From NCBI RefSeq assembly GCF_000186885.1, contig NC_014972.1, positions 1,170,001 through 1,202,000 on the forward strand: 32,000 nt of DNA. Reading direction: 5' to 3'. Every line of letters begins with the position of its first letter. The first letter of the stretch is position 1. This document shows positions 11,886 through 19,052 of this stretch, in pieces. The position numbers were made by a program, and so were the translations under genes. The DNA comes from Desulfobulbus propionicus DSM 2032 (lineage in GTDB: Bacteria > Desulfobacterota > Desulfobulbia > Desulfobulbales > Desulfobulbaceae). The notes under the pieces were generated by a model. It was not told the DNA's origin. It saw only the letters and a program-made list of their open reading frames with translations, and searched no databases.

Positions 11886-12678
11886 GGCGTTTCCAGAGGT
11901 TCAGCCACGATGCCCAGAGGGTGCTCGCGCTCCGAGGCGTCATCAGTGCCCCAAGGGCGGAGCGCAAGGTTTTCTCGTCGTGAAAGGGGGTGATCCGGCC
12001 TTGTTGCACCAGGGAGATTTCCTGGGTTTCCTCGGAGACCACGATGACAATGGCGTCGGTCTCCTCGGACAGACCGAGCGCGGCGCGGTGACGGGTGCCG
12101 TAGCGCTTGTCGATCCGGGGATTCTGCGACAGCGGCAGCAGGCAGCCGGAAGAATGAATCCGGCCCTTATGGATGATCACCCCTCCGTCGTGCATGGGCG
12201 AGGCGGGCAGGAAGATAGCCACCAGCAGCTCGGCACGCAGACGGGCGTCAAGCCGATGGCCGGTGTCGACATAGTCGCGCAGGCCGGTGCCCCGCTCGAT
12301 GACGATCAGGGCTCCGATGCGGCGTCTGGCCATGTAGGTGGCCGCGCGGACGATTTCGTCCAGGTCCTTTTCCGCCATGTCGACTGTCTTGTGAAAGGGC
12401 GTTTTGCCCATCTGGGTCAGGGCACGGCGGATGTCGGTTTGGAAGAGGATGACCAGGACCACCAGGATGGAGCCGAGAAAGGTTTTGAGCAGCCAGTGCA
12501 GGGTTTGCAGTTCAAACTTGCCGGCAAGGAAATAGATGATAATAATGAGCGCGATGCCCACCAGCATCTGCACCGCGCGGGTGCCGCGAATGAGCAGCAT
12601 GATCCGGTAAATGATGAAGGAAACGATAAGGATATCGAGGATATCCAGGAGTCGCAGGAAACGGATCGCGTCAAGCAT
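11869..12678 (-). CDS. cdaA: Diadenylate cyclase CdaA (membrane-anchored DAC domain)
   Basis: The track ORF ending at 12786 is trimmed to the ATG at 12678 (MLDAIRFLRLLDILDILIV...). Three N-terminal TM helices precede a DAC domain with GALIVIE, HDGGVII (at the DGA motif position) and GTRHRAALGLSE (RHR motif). Confidence 0.9.
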   Translation of the reverse strand: MLDAIRFLRLLDILDILIVSFIIYRIMLLIRGTRAVQMLVGIALIIIIYFLAGKFELQTLHWLLKTFLGSILVVLVILFQTDIRRALTQMGKTPFHKTVDMAEKDLDEIVRAATYMARRRIGALIVIERGTGLRDYVDTGHRLDARLRAELLVAIFLPASPMHDGGVIIHKGRIHSSGCLLPLSQNPRIDKRYGTRHRAALGLSEETDAIVIVVSEETQEISLVQQGRITPFHDEKTLRSALGALMTPRSASTLWASWLNLWKRHAHDA

Positions 12679-12834
12679 CGGCGGCCGGGGCAAGGGTGAA
12701 CGGGATCGGAAACGACTCTGATATGTAGCACGTCGGCTACCGATTGAACAGGGGAAAGTAGGGCCGACCCGACAACCGCCCGGCAACGGAAAGCGGCAAG
12801 GGATCGACCGTCATGCACAACCCGGAGGAGAACC

Positions 12835-13431
12835 ATGATAGAACAACTTGTCCGCCAGACCAGAACGGTTCGGCGGTTTCACCAGGATCGGCCGCTTGAT
12901 CCAGCCATGCTGCACCGCCTGATCGATCTTGCCCGTCTGGGCGGTTCGGCCCGCAACGCCCAGGTGTTGAAATACACGGTGGTCACCGACGGGCGGCTGT
13001 GCGGGCAGCTGTTTCCCCTGCTTGGCTGGGCAGGGTATCTGCGCGACTGGCCGGGACCGGCGGAAGGGGAACGGCCGCCGGCTTATATTGTCTGCCTGCT
13101 GGACAACGAGCTGCTCAAGGGGCCGCAAACCGAGGCCCACTTCGATCTGGGCATCGCCACCCAAAACCTGTTGCTCGGCGCGGCCGAGCAGGGGGTGTTC
13201 GGCTGCCGTATCGGCGCTTTTTCAGCGGCGGCGGTACAGCGGCTGCTGCAACTGTCTGATCGCTTCACGGCGCTGTTGGTGGTGGCCCTCGGGTATCCGG
13301 CGGAAACCGTGGTGTTGGAAGAGATGGGCGCGGACGGCGATATCCGTTACTGGCACGACGAGCGGGAAGTGCATCATGTACCCAAACGGCCGCTTGCCGA
13401 TCTGTTGGTCGCCCCCCCGGAGGAGGCGTGA
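12835..13431 (+). CDS. Nitroreductase family protein
   Basis: 198 aa. N-terminal RTVRRF motif, followed by SARNAQ and then LVVALGYP, which is the typical nitroreductase-fold pattern. GGAGGAG lies upstream of the ATG. Confidence 0.88.
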   Translation: MIEQLVRQTRTVRRFHQDRPLDPAMLHRLIDLARLGGSARNAQVLKYTVVTDGRLCGQLFPLLGWAGYLRDWPGPAEGERPPAYIVCLLDNELLKGPQTEAHFDLGIATQNLLLGAAEQGVFGCRIGAFSAAAVQRLLQLSDRFTALLVVALGYPAETVVLEEMGADGDIRYWHDEREVHHVPKRPLADLLVAPPEEA

Positions 13432-13832
13432 GCCAGGCCGATATGCTGCACCTGCTGGGCTTGTTGTCGGTGGTGACCTTTGTCGGCAGCCTGATCGCCG
13501 TTCCCTGGTTGATCGGCCGGATGCAGCCGGATTACTTTCTTACCCACTGGCGCAAGGTCGATGCGCGTCACCGCCGTCATCCGGCCTGGGCCCTGGCGAC
13601 CCTGGTGGTACGCAATACCCTTGGCCTGCTGCTGGTCCTGGCCGGCATCGTCATGCTGGTCCTGCCCGGCCAGGGACTGCTGACCATGCTGATCGGCGTG
13701 TGCGTGATGGATTTTCCCGGCAAGCGGAGACTGCTCGTGCGATTGGTGGACAATCAGACGCTTCAACGGGCGCTGAACTGGGTGCGACGTAAAGAGGGCA
13801 AGACGGAGTTTGTTTTTACGGAGGAGCGGTAG
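13428..13832 (+). CDS. Small membrane protein (possibly PGPGW-type)
   Basis: 134 aa. The GTG start overlaps the nitroreductase stop (GTGA); an alternative ATG lies at 13443. Three hydrophobic segments are present. LVLPGQGLLTMLIGVCVMDFPGKRRL resembles the PGPGW transmembrane family motif, recalled from memory only. Confidence 0.55.
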   Translation: MSQADMLHLLGLLSVVTFVGSLIAVPWLIGRMQPDYFLTHWRKVDARHRRHPAWALATLVVRNTLGLLLVLAGIVMLVLPGQGLLTMLIGVCVMDFPGKRRLLVRLVDNQTLQRALNWVRRKEGKTEFVFTEER

Positions 13833-13885
13833 AGAGGCGGTTATGCCAACTCTTCGTAGAAAAGAAACAACTATTCGATGTAATG

Positions 13886-13920
13886 AAAAAGAAAGCCCGA
13901 CAATTATTGTCGGGCTTTCT
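13886..13920 (-). terminator. Intrinsic terminator of the PEP-CTERM gene (weaker on the plus strand)
   Basis: gaaagcccgac (13891-13901) pairs with gtcgggctttc (13909-13919) around a 7-nt loop. On the minus strand a TTTTT run follows (complement of 13886-13890). The element lies 29 nt beyond the stop at 13949. Confidence 0.7.
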
Positions 13921-13948
13921 TGTCAAGCGATATTAAGTGATTCGACGA

Positions 13949-14698
13949 TCAGTTGCTGGCTTTCCGCCGACGGGCGAATCCCGCCAGCCCGGCGATGCCA
14001 GTACCGAACAGCAACATGGTAGCTGGTTCGGGGACGGGTTCTACAGATTCAACCATAACCACGAAATCTGTAAAATCCATATCTCCGCCACTTAGCAGGT
14101 CTTCCCATGCCAAAATGTACTCACTGTCAGTCCATGTCCCAGATGGCAGGTTAGGTAGTTGTACTTGATCAATATTATTACCTTGATAGGCAAACATATG
14201 ATCAAATTGATCTGTGTTCAATGATGTGTCGCTGTGCCACAATCCATCTGGTGTGTTGAGGTAATATCCAAAAGTATCTCCGGCGAAATCTATTCCTGTG
14301 TCAGAATTGTTAACCCAAACACTACCATCTAACTTAATAGACAACATTGCTTGAGCTCCAGCAGATTGAGGACCGCTGAAAAGTTGTACGTATTTGCCTG
14401 AATTATACACTCCAAATGTGTTTAAATCTGCATAACCGGCTATTTCTATAATCATGGTAGCAATACTTCCACCGGAAGCAGTAATACTCCAATAGGAATC
14501 GTATTCATCTGCTATAAAATCAGTGGAAACGTCTAGACTACTAGGACCGCCCGGATTAGGCAATGTGATATTATCAAATACAGTTTGCAACGAACTGCCA
14601 GGAATAGGAGTTCCCACCGGATCAGCCATCGCACTCCCTGCCAACAAGCCAACCCCTGCCAGTGCGATCAACGCGCTTTTCAATAGTTGCTTCTTCAT
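13949..14698 (-). CDS. PEP-CTERM sorting-domain protein with a DUF4114-like passenger
   Basis: 249 aa. Sec signal peptide (MKKQLLKSALIALAGVGLLAGSAMA). C-terminal VPEPATMLLFGTGIAGLAGFARRRK, i.e. a PEP motif, a TM helix and an Arg cluster. The preceding AWEDLLSGGDMDFTDFVVMV resembles the DUF4114 signature. GGGAGGG lies upstream of the ATG. Confidence 0.88.
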   Translation of the reverse strand: MKKQLLKSALIALAGVGLLAGSAMADPVGTPIPGSSLQTVFDNITLPNPGGPSSLDVSTDFIADEYDSYWSITASGGSIATMIIEIAGYADLNTFGVYNSGKYVQLFSGPQSAGAQAMLSIKLDGSVWVNNSDTGIDFAGDTFGYYLNTPDGLWHSDTSLNTDQFDHMFAYQGNNIDQVQLPNLPSGTWTDSEYILAWEDLLSGGDMDFTDFVVMVESVEPVPEPATMLLFGTGIAGLAGFARRRKASN

Positions 14699-15140
14699 GA
14701 TACCCTCCCGAGGTTATGTGAATAAACACCCACATCTGTTTTTGTTGACTTTTGCTATTCATAATCCGTGCCCGTTTGCTGTGAATGTGATATGGTTGTT
14801 TGGTTGCTGTTGATTATCATTTGAAATTATTCAATTATTTTTCTTGAGCGGGTGCCTTTTGCTCAAGAAAACGCTGTTCTTTTTTTCTTCCGATCGTCTA
14901 AATATCCCTTGCTGGGCCGTGTTCGTGGCCAAGAACTATCCAGATGGCGCGTTTGCAGGCGGAAAAGTCTGGAAAAAGCAATTTTTATTTTATTATTACA
15001 ATACATTGTGCTTTTATGTCTTTTCCGGCAAGGCGGAAAACTATGGGGCGAGAAATCTCTCCATCATGGGGATGGCGCGGGAGGAACGAGTCGCGGTCCG
15101 TGCAGGATGACTGGCCAATGACAGTCGGCCGGGATGAGGT

Positions 15141-15728
15141 TCAGCGGGATTTTGCCTGGTTGGCTTGGGGGTGGAAGGCTGGGGCTGGCTGCTCGGTGAA
15201 GGCCAAGCCGATGTGGAAGAGGGGAGCGGTTTCAAGGGGCTCGGCCCAGATCACCCGGCCGATACCGTTCAGTTCGCTGACCGTGCCGTCGGTTTCCAGG
15301 GAGAAACGAATCAGGGTGTCTGGAGCCAGGGTTTGACGGCTGGCAAAGCGAATGCCGTGGTTGCTGAGATCGATGGTCCAAGCGTCGTCGTCCCGATGGC
15401 CGGGCATCTGGTCGCTGCCGGTTATTTCGGAAAAACGGAAAGCATGATGGCTGGGGATGCGGATCGAGCGGCGGCGGTTGACCGGCAGGCTGTCCTCGAT
15501 CGCCTGGTCGACATCGATGTGCGCCTGTTGTTGAAACTGCGGACACGCGGGATGGTGGCTGGAGGTGCAGTAGGCGACAACATGTTGTTCTACCGGCAGA
15601 AAGAGTCCATCCCTGACCAGGAGGCAGGCCCGGCTCAGGGGGGACCAATGCGGGCAGACGCGCTGCTGCAGCCGGAGGGTCTCCTGGGCCGTCTCGTGTG
15701 CTTGTTCGCTAACAGGCTGTTTTTTCAT
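15141..15728 (-). CDS. PilZ-domain (c-di-GMP-binding) protein with an N-terminal Cys/His-rich module
   Basis: 195 aa. The PilZ signatures RRRSIR (RxxxR) and, 28 residues after it, DLSNHG (DxSxxG) are both present. The N-terminal 80 aa carry C25-P-H, C35, C54, H58-H59 and C62. There is no obvious SD before the ATG. Confidence 0.75.
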   Translation of the reverse strand: MKKQPVSEQAHETAQETLRLQQRVCPHWSPLSRACLLVRDGLFLPVEQHVVAYCTSSHHPACPQFQQQAHIDVDQAIEDSLPVNRRRSIRIPSHHAFRFSEITGSDQMPGHRDDDAWTIDLSNHGIRFASRQTLAPDTLIRFSLETDGTVSELNGIGRVIWAEPLETAPLFHIGLAFTEQPAPAFHPQANQAKSR

Positions 15729-15739
15729 GACAAAATCTA

Positions 15740-15756
15740 TGCAAGAAATGCTCCAG
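15740..15756 (-). promoter_or_regulatory. Sigma-54-like -24/-12 element abutting the PilZ start codon
   Basis: The minus strand reads CTGGAGCATTTCTTGCAT, i.e. TGG, 8 nt, then TTGCA, which is the canonical spacing. The -24 half is TGGAGC rather than TGGCAC. The predicted start site falls within about 1-3 nt of the ATG at 15728. Confidence 0.25.
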
Positions 15757-15860
15757 ATGCTGCGGCTGGCGATTGTTTACCCTTCGGGAGCAAGGGTGAC
15801 TGCCGGCGGAGAAATCATTGCGGCCGGGCCGTGTCGATCCGGCAAAAAGTGTCCTTTTTT

Positions 15861-15892
15861 CCCTGCCCCGCCGCAAAGGCAGGGACTTTTTC
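15861..15892 (+). terminator. Orphan intrinsic-terminator-like hairpin in the PilZ/582-aa divergent spacer
   Basis: ccctgcc (15861-15867) pairs with ggcaggg (15878-15884) around a 10-nt loop, followed by ac and TTTTT (15887-15891). An outer pairing joins aaaaagt (15844-15850) to acttttt (15885-15891). No plus-strand gene lies upstream for it to terminate. Confidence 0.4.
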
Positions 15893-15991
15893 GCCGGGGC
15901 ACAGTATATACTAGTCCGTTTCATGACCCTGCGTTGCCCGGTGGACACGGCCTCGACCTGCCCCGGTTTCTTGGAGAACAGGAAGAACCCC

Positions 15992-17740
15992 ATGAGTGAG
16001 ATCATCCGCTACGTCAAAGGCCTCGACCCGGATCGGGATGCATGGCTGACCAATTTTTTCACCGAAAATCATCTGGCCTACGAGACCTTCCCCGATGTGG
16101 TGGCCTCGCCGGAACAGCTCAAATTCATCGTCCATCTCGAGGATGAACAGATCTATTACCCCTGCTCGGACGAGCTGTTTGCCGCGATCATCGAAAAACG
16201 GGCGGACACGGTGCTGACCTCGGCCTATATCGGTATCTGGACCCGGCTGGAGAAGCTGGTGCGCGAGGTGGTGACCGATCCCTACAAACAGCGCTACCTG
16301 CTCAGCCTGCTGACCATCAAGTACAATCACGAAACCATGCACAAGGTGCAGCTGCCCGGGCGGATCGAAAAGCGGCTGTTGGGTATCTTCACCACCATCA
16401 GCGAGATCGACCGGCCACTGGCCGTTGAACGGGAACAGGAAAACAAGCGGGTGGCCGCCTTTCTCAAGTCGGAAACCTTTGAACAACTGTTCAACTCGCC
16501 GGAAGGGTTGGAGATTGGCGACACCACCACCCTGACCGACATCGACCTGCAACTCCATCTGCTGCGTCTGCGCCGCCTGTTGCTGCTCTCCTCGATGCGG
16601 CCCATCTGGCGCCAGGATCAGCCGCCGGACAGCGATACCCTTCGCCGGGTGATGAATCAACCTCTCGATACCCCGGAATGGCAATGGATCTGCAATTGGC
16701 TGCGGGATGTGATCGCCGGCAAACGGCGGCCCTGTATCCTGTGGGTGGGCGGCCGGTCGGGGGAGATCGTCTTTGACCTGGCCATCCTTCATATTTTCAT
16801 GAAGATCGGCATCAAGGTGATTTTGGCGGTCAAGCAGGATTTCTACTACCACCGGGTATCGTTCATCGATCTGCTGGAAGATCCGACCCTGGACGAGCTG
16901 CTCGAGGACGCGGACCTGATCGGCGATCCCAAGATCTCGAAGAATCAGCTGCTCCGTTACCTGGACAGCGACAATCGGCTGCTGGTCATCTCCGATGGCA
17001 CCCGAGAGCCCTTCAACCCGCTGCTGACCTCGGTCACCTATGCCCGTGCCTTCAAGGAGGCCGATTTGGTGGTCTACCGCAATCCCGGAGGTCGCGAGAA
17101 CATCAACAACCATTTTCAATTCACCCGCGATATCGTCTCCATCATCCCCGGCGACGACGGCGAGGTCGACATCCTGCTCAAGCCGCACCACCCCAAGGCG
17201 GTCCGCTTCTCCCGCGCCCAGCTGCGGCGCAAGGCTCAGGAACTGATCAGCATGGTCGAGCGGGAAAAGGCGCAGGGCAAGACGATCATGTTCTACTCGG
17301 CCATTGTCGGTTCCATCCCCGGCCAGCTGAAGACCGCCAAGGAGATCCTCAACGTCTTTGTCGAATACCTGCGCTCGTCGCTCAACGACGTGGTGATCAT
17401 CAATCCGGGCGAGCATTTCGTCGAGGGCATGGATGCCGACGACATCATGTACATGTGGGAAATTTTTCAACGATCCGGCAATATCGACATCTGGCGCTTC
17501 CAGAGCGTGGACGACATCGTCAAATCCTTCGAGCTCATGGGCAAGAAAGTGCCGCCGGAATGGACCGGCAAGGACGCCACCTATTCCACCGGCTGCACCA
17601 AGGAGATGGAGATTGCCGTGCAGATGCAGAAGCAGTATCCGGAAATGCAGCTGATCGGCCCGCCCTACGAGAAATTCCAGCGCCGCAAGGAGTACGGGGT
17701 CGGCAAGCTGTACGATCGCACCCTGGCCGGCAGCGAATGA
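15992..17740 (+). CDS. Uncharacterised 582-aa protein (possible divergent DUF89/ARMT1-like core)
   Basis: The track ORF 15818-17740 is trimmed to the ATG at 15992 (GGAGAACAGGAAG upstream). Composition is balanced (K/E/I/F/Y), unlike the G/R/H/D-rich antisense ORF. Residues ~246-400 (ILWVGGRSGEIVFDL...VISDGTREPF...ADLVVYRNPGGRENI) are collinear with DUF89 motifs recalled from memory. I recognise no other family. Confidence 0.7.
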   Translation: MSEIIRYVKGLDPDRDAWLTNFFTENHLAYETFPDVVASPEQLKFIVHLEDEQIYYPCSDELFAAIIEKRADTVLTSAYIGIWTRLEKLVREVVTDPYKQRYLLSLLTIKYNHETMHKVQLPGRIEKRLLGIFTTISEIDRPLAVEREQENKRVAAFLKSETFEQLFNSPEGLEIGDTTTLTDIDLQLHLLRLRRLLLLSSMRPIWRQDQPPDSDTLRRVMNQPLDTPEWQWICNWLRDVIAGKRRPCILWVGGRSGEIVFDLAILHIFMKIGIKVILAVKQDFYYHRVSFIDLLEDPTLDELLEDADLIGDPKISKNQLLRYLDSDNRLLVISDGTREPFNPLLTSVTYARAFKEADLVVYRNPGGRENINNHFQFTRDIVSIIPGDDGEVDILLKPHHPKAVRFSRAQLRRKAQELISMVEREKAQGKTIMFYSAIVGSIPGQLKTAKEILNVFVEYLRSSLNDVVIINPGEHFVEGMDADDIMYMWEIFQRSGNIDIWRFQSVDDIVKSFELMGKKVPPEWTGKDATYSTGCTKEMEIAVQMQKQYPEMQLIGPPYEKFQRRKEYGVGKLYDRTLAGSE

Positions 17741-17852
17741 GACGGACTGCCCGGAACGGTGAGCCGTTGACTGGCGCCTCTTTTGCCGTCTTGCGGCCCG
17801 CGCGTTTGCGGCAACGAAGGAACGATATTTTCAGTACACAACAATCAAGACG

Positions 17853-18932
17853 ATGAACAACACGCAAGCCGTCAGTTTTCTGGATGCCACCTTGCGCAAG
17901 GTGTATCCGCAGGATTTTGAATACCGCCAGTTGGCCGAGGAACGCCTGGAGCAGCTGACCATGCCCCGTTGGGCCCTGGGCGATTTGCTGGATCTGGCCG
18001 TCGACCTGGCCGGCATGACCCGTTCACTGCGGCCGCCGGTAGCCCGCAAGAAGGTGGTGATCATGGTGGGCGATCACGGGGTGACCGCTGAGGGGGTGTC
18101 GAAATATCCGCCGGAGGTGACCGCCCAAATGGTGCGCAACTTCGTCCGTGGCGGGGCCGGGATCAATGCCTTGGCCCGCCAGGCAGGGGCCGGGGTGTGC
18201 GTGGTCGATGTCGGGGCCAGGGATGATTTTGCCGATCTGGTGCGGGAAGGTGCGATCATGGCCAAGAAAATTGGACATGGCACCGCCAACATGGTCTATG
18301 GCCCGGCCATGACCCGGACCCATGCGGTCATGGCGGTCGAGGCGGGAATCGAGGTGGCCAATGCTCTGGCCGCCGAGGTCGATGTCTTGGGCGCCGGCGA
18401 AATGGGTATCGGCAATACCACCCCGAGCACCGCCATCGCGGCGGTGTTCACCGGCAGGAAGGTGGCTGAGCTGACCGGTCGGGGCACCGGCATCGACGAT
18501 ATCCAGTTGGCCAATAAGATCGCGGTGATCGAAAAAGCCCTGACCCGCAACAAACCCAATGCCAAGGACGGCCTCGATGTGCTGGCCAAGGTCGGCGGTT
18601 TTGAGATCGGCGCCATTGCCGGCCTCATTCTCGGTGCGGCCGCCCACCGCAAGCCGGTGATTGTCGACGGGTTCATTTCCACCGCCGGGGCGATGATCGC
18701 TTCTAGCCTGGAACCCTTTGTCCGCGACTATCTGATCTGCGCCCATCGCAGCGCCGAACCGGGTCATGGGGCACTGCTGGATGCATTGCGGCTTCGGCCC
18801 CTGCTTGATCTCAACCTGCGCCTGGGCGAAGGGAGCGGGGCGGCCCTGGCCATGAATGTAGTGGAGGCGGCCGTGGCCATCCTCACGGAAATGGCCACCT
18901 TTGCCGAAGCCGGCGTAGCCGGACCCCGATAA
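17853..18932 (+). CDS. cobT: Nicotinate-nucleotide--dimethylbenzimidazole phosphoribosyltransferase
   Basis: 359 aa. Motifs: VMVGDHGV, GGAGINALAR, GEMGIGNTTPS and LRLGEGSGAALA, which is the typical CobT pattern. Confidence 0.93.
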   Translation: MNNTQAVSFLDATLRKVYPQDFEYRQLAEERLEQLTMPRWALGDLLDLAVDLAGMTRSLRPPVARKKVVIMVGDHGVTAEGVSKYPPEVTAQMVRNFVRGGAGINALARQAGAGVCVVDVGARDDFADLVREGAIMAKKIGHGTANMVYGPAMTRTHAVMAVEAGIEVANALAAEVDVLGAGEMGIGNTTPSTAIAAVFTGRKVAELTGRGTGIDDIQLANKIAVIEKALTRNKPNAKDGLDVLAKVGGFEIGAIAGLILGAAAHRKPVIVDGFISTAGAMIASSLEPFVRDYLICAHRSAEPGHGALLDALRLRPLLDLNLRLGEGSGAALAMNVVEAAVAILTEMATFAEAGVAGPR

Positions 18933-18981
18933 CCGGCGCTGCTACTGGGTATAAAAATTTGTACTTTGGTGAGGCTGAATC

Positions 18982-19010
18982 TTGACGATCGGGATGGTGT
19001 GTGCTATTTT
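18982..19010 (+). promoter_or_regulatory. Sigma-70-type promoter of the small secreted-protein gene
   Basis: TTGACG (18982-18987), a 17-nt spacer, then TATTTT (19005-19010) preceded by TGC (extended -10 TGn). It lies about 40 nt upstream of the ATG at 19053. Confidence 0.45.
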
Positions 19011-19052
19011 ACAATCTAGTCAATACCCATTCCCAAAAGTGGTGGAGCTATT

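Larger units (their letters stand above)
13833..15140. other. Low-G+C islet (PEP-CTERM gene plus a 442-bp AT-rich spacer)
   Basis: My hand counts give 18/60 G+C at 14161-14220 and 19/60 at 14401-14460. The 3' end of the gene gives 39/60 at 13961-14020, and flanking genes look about 60% or higher. Confidence 0.7.

Noticed and set aside
14844-15336. 88-, 89- and 130-aa plus-strand ORFs in the AT-rich spacer
   Set aside because: They have no Shine-Dalgarno sequences, overlap one another and the PilZ gene, and have odd Phe/Cys/Lys-rich composition consistent with chance ORFs in AT-rich DNA.
15911-17470. 519-aa minus ORF opposite the 582-aa gene
   Set aside because: It has the G/R/H/D/L/Q-rich composition typical of antisense frames. 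The plus-strand frame has balanced composition, an RBS and a plausible domain pattern.
17741-17852. Cobalamin riboswitch upstream of cobT (also considered for 15729-15892)
   Set aside because: The 112-nt spacer is too short. Neither region contains a B12 box (GCCACTG-like) or the conserved CCCGC-ACTG core. Only a loose GGGAG...GGTGA resemblance exists at 15785-15800.
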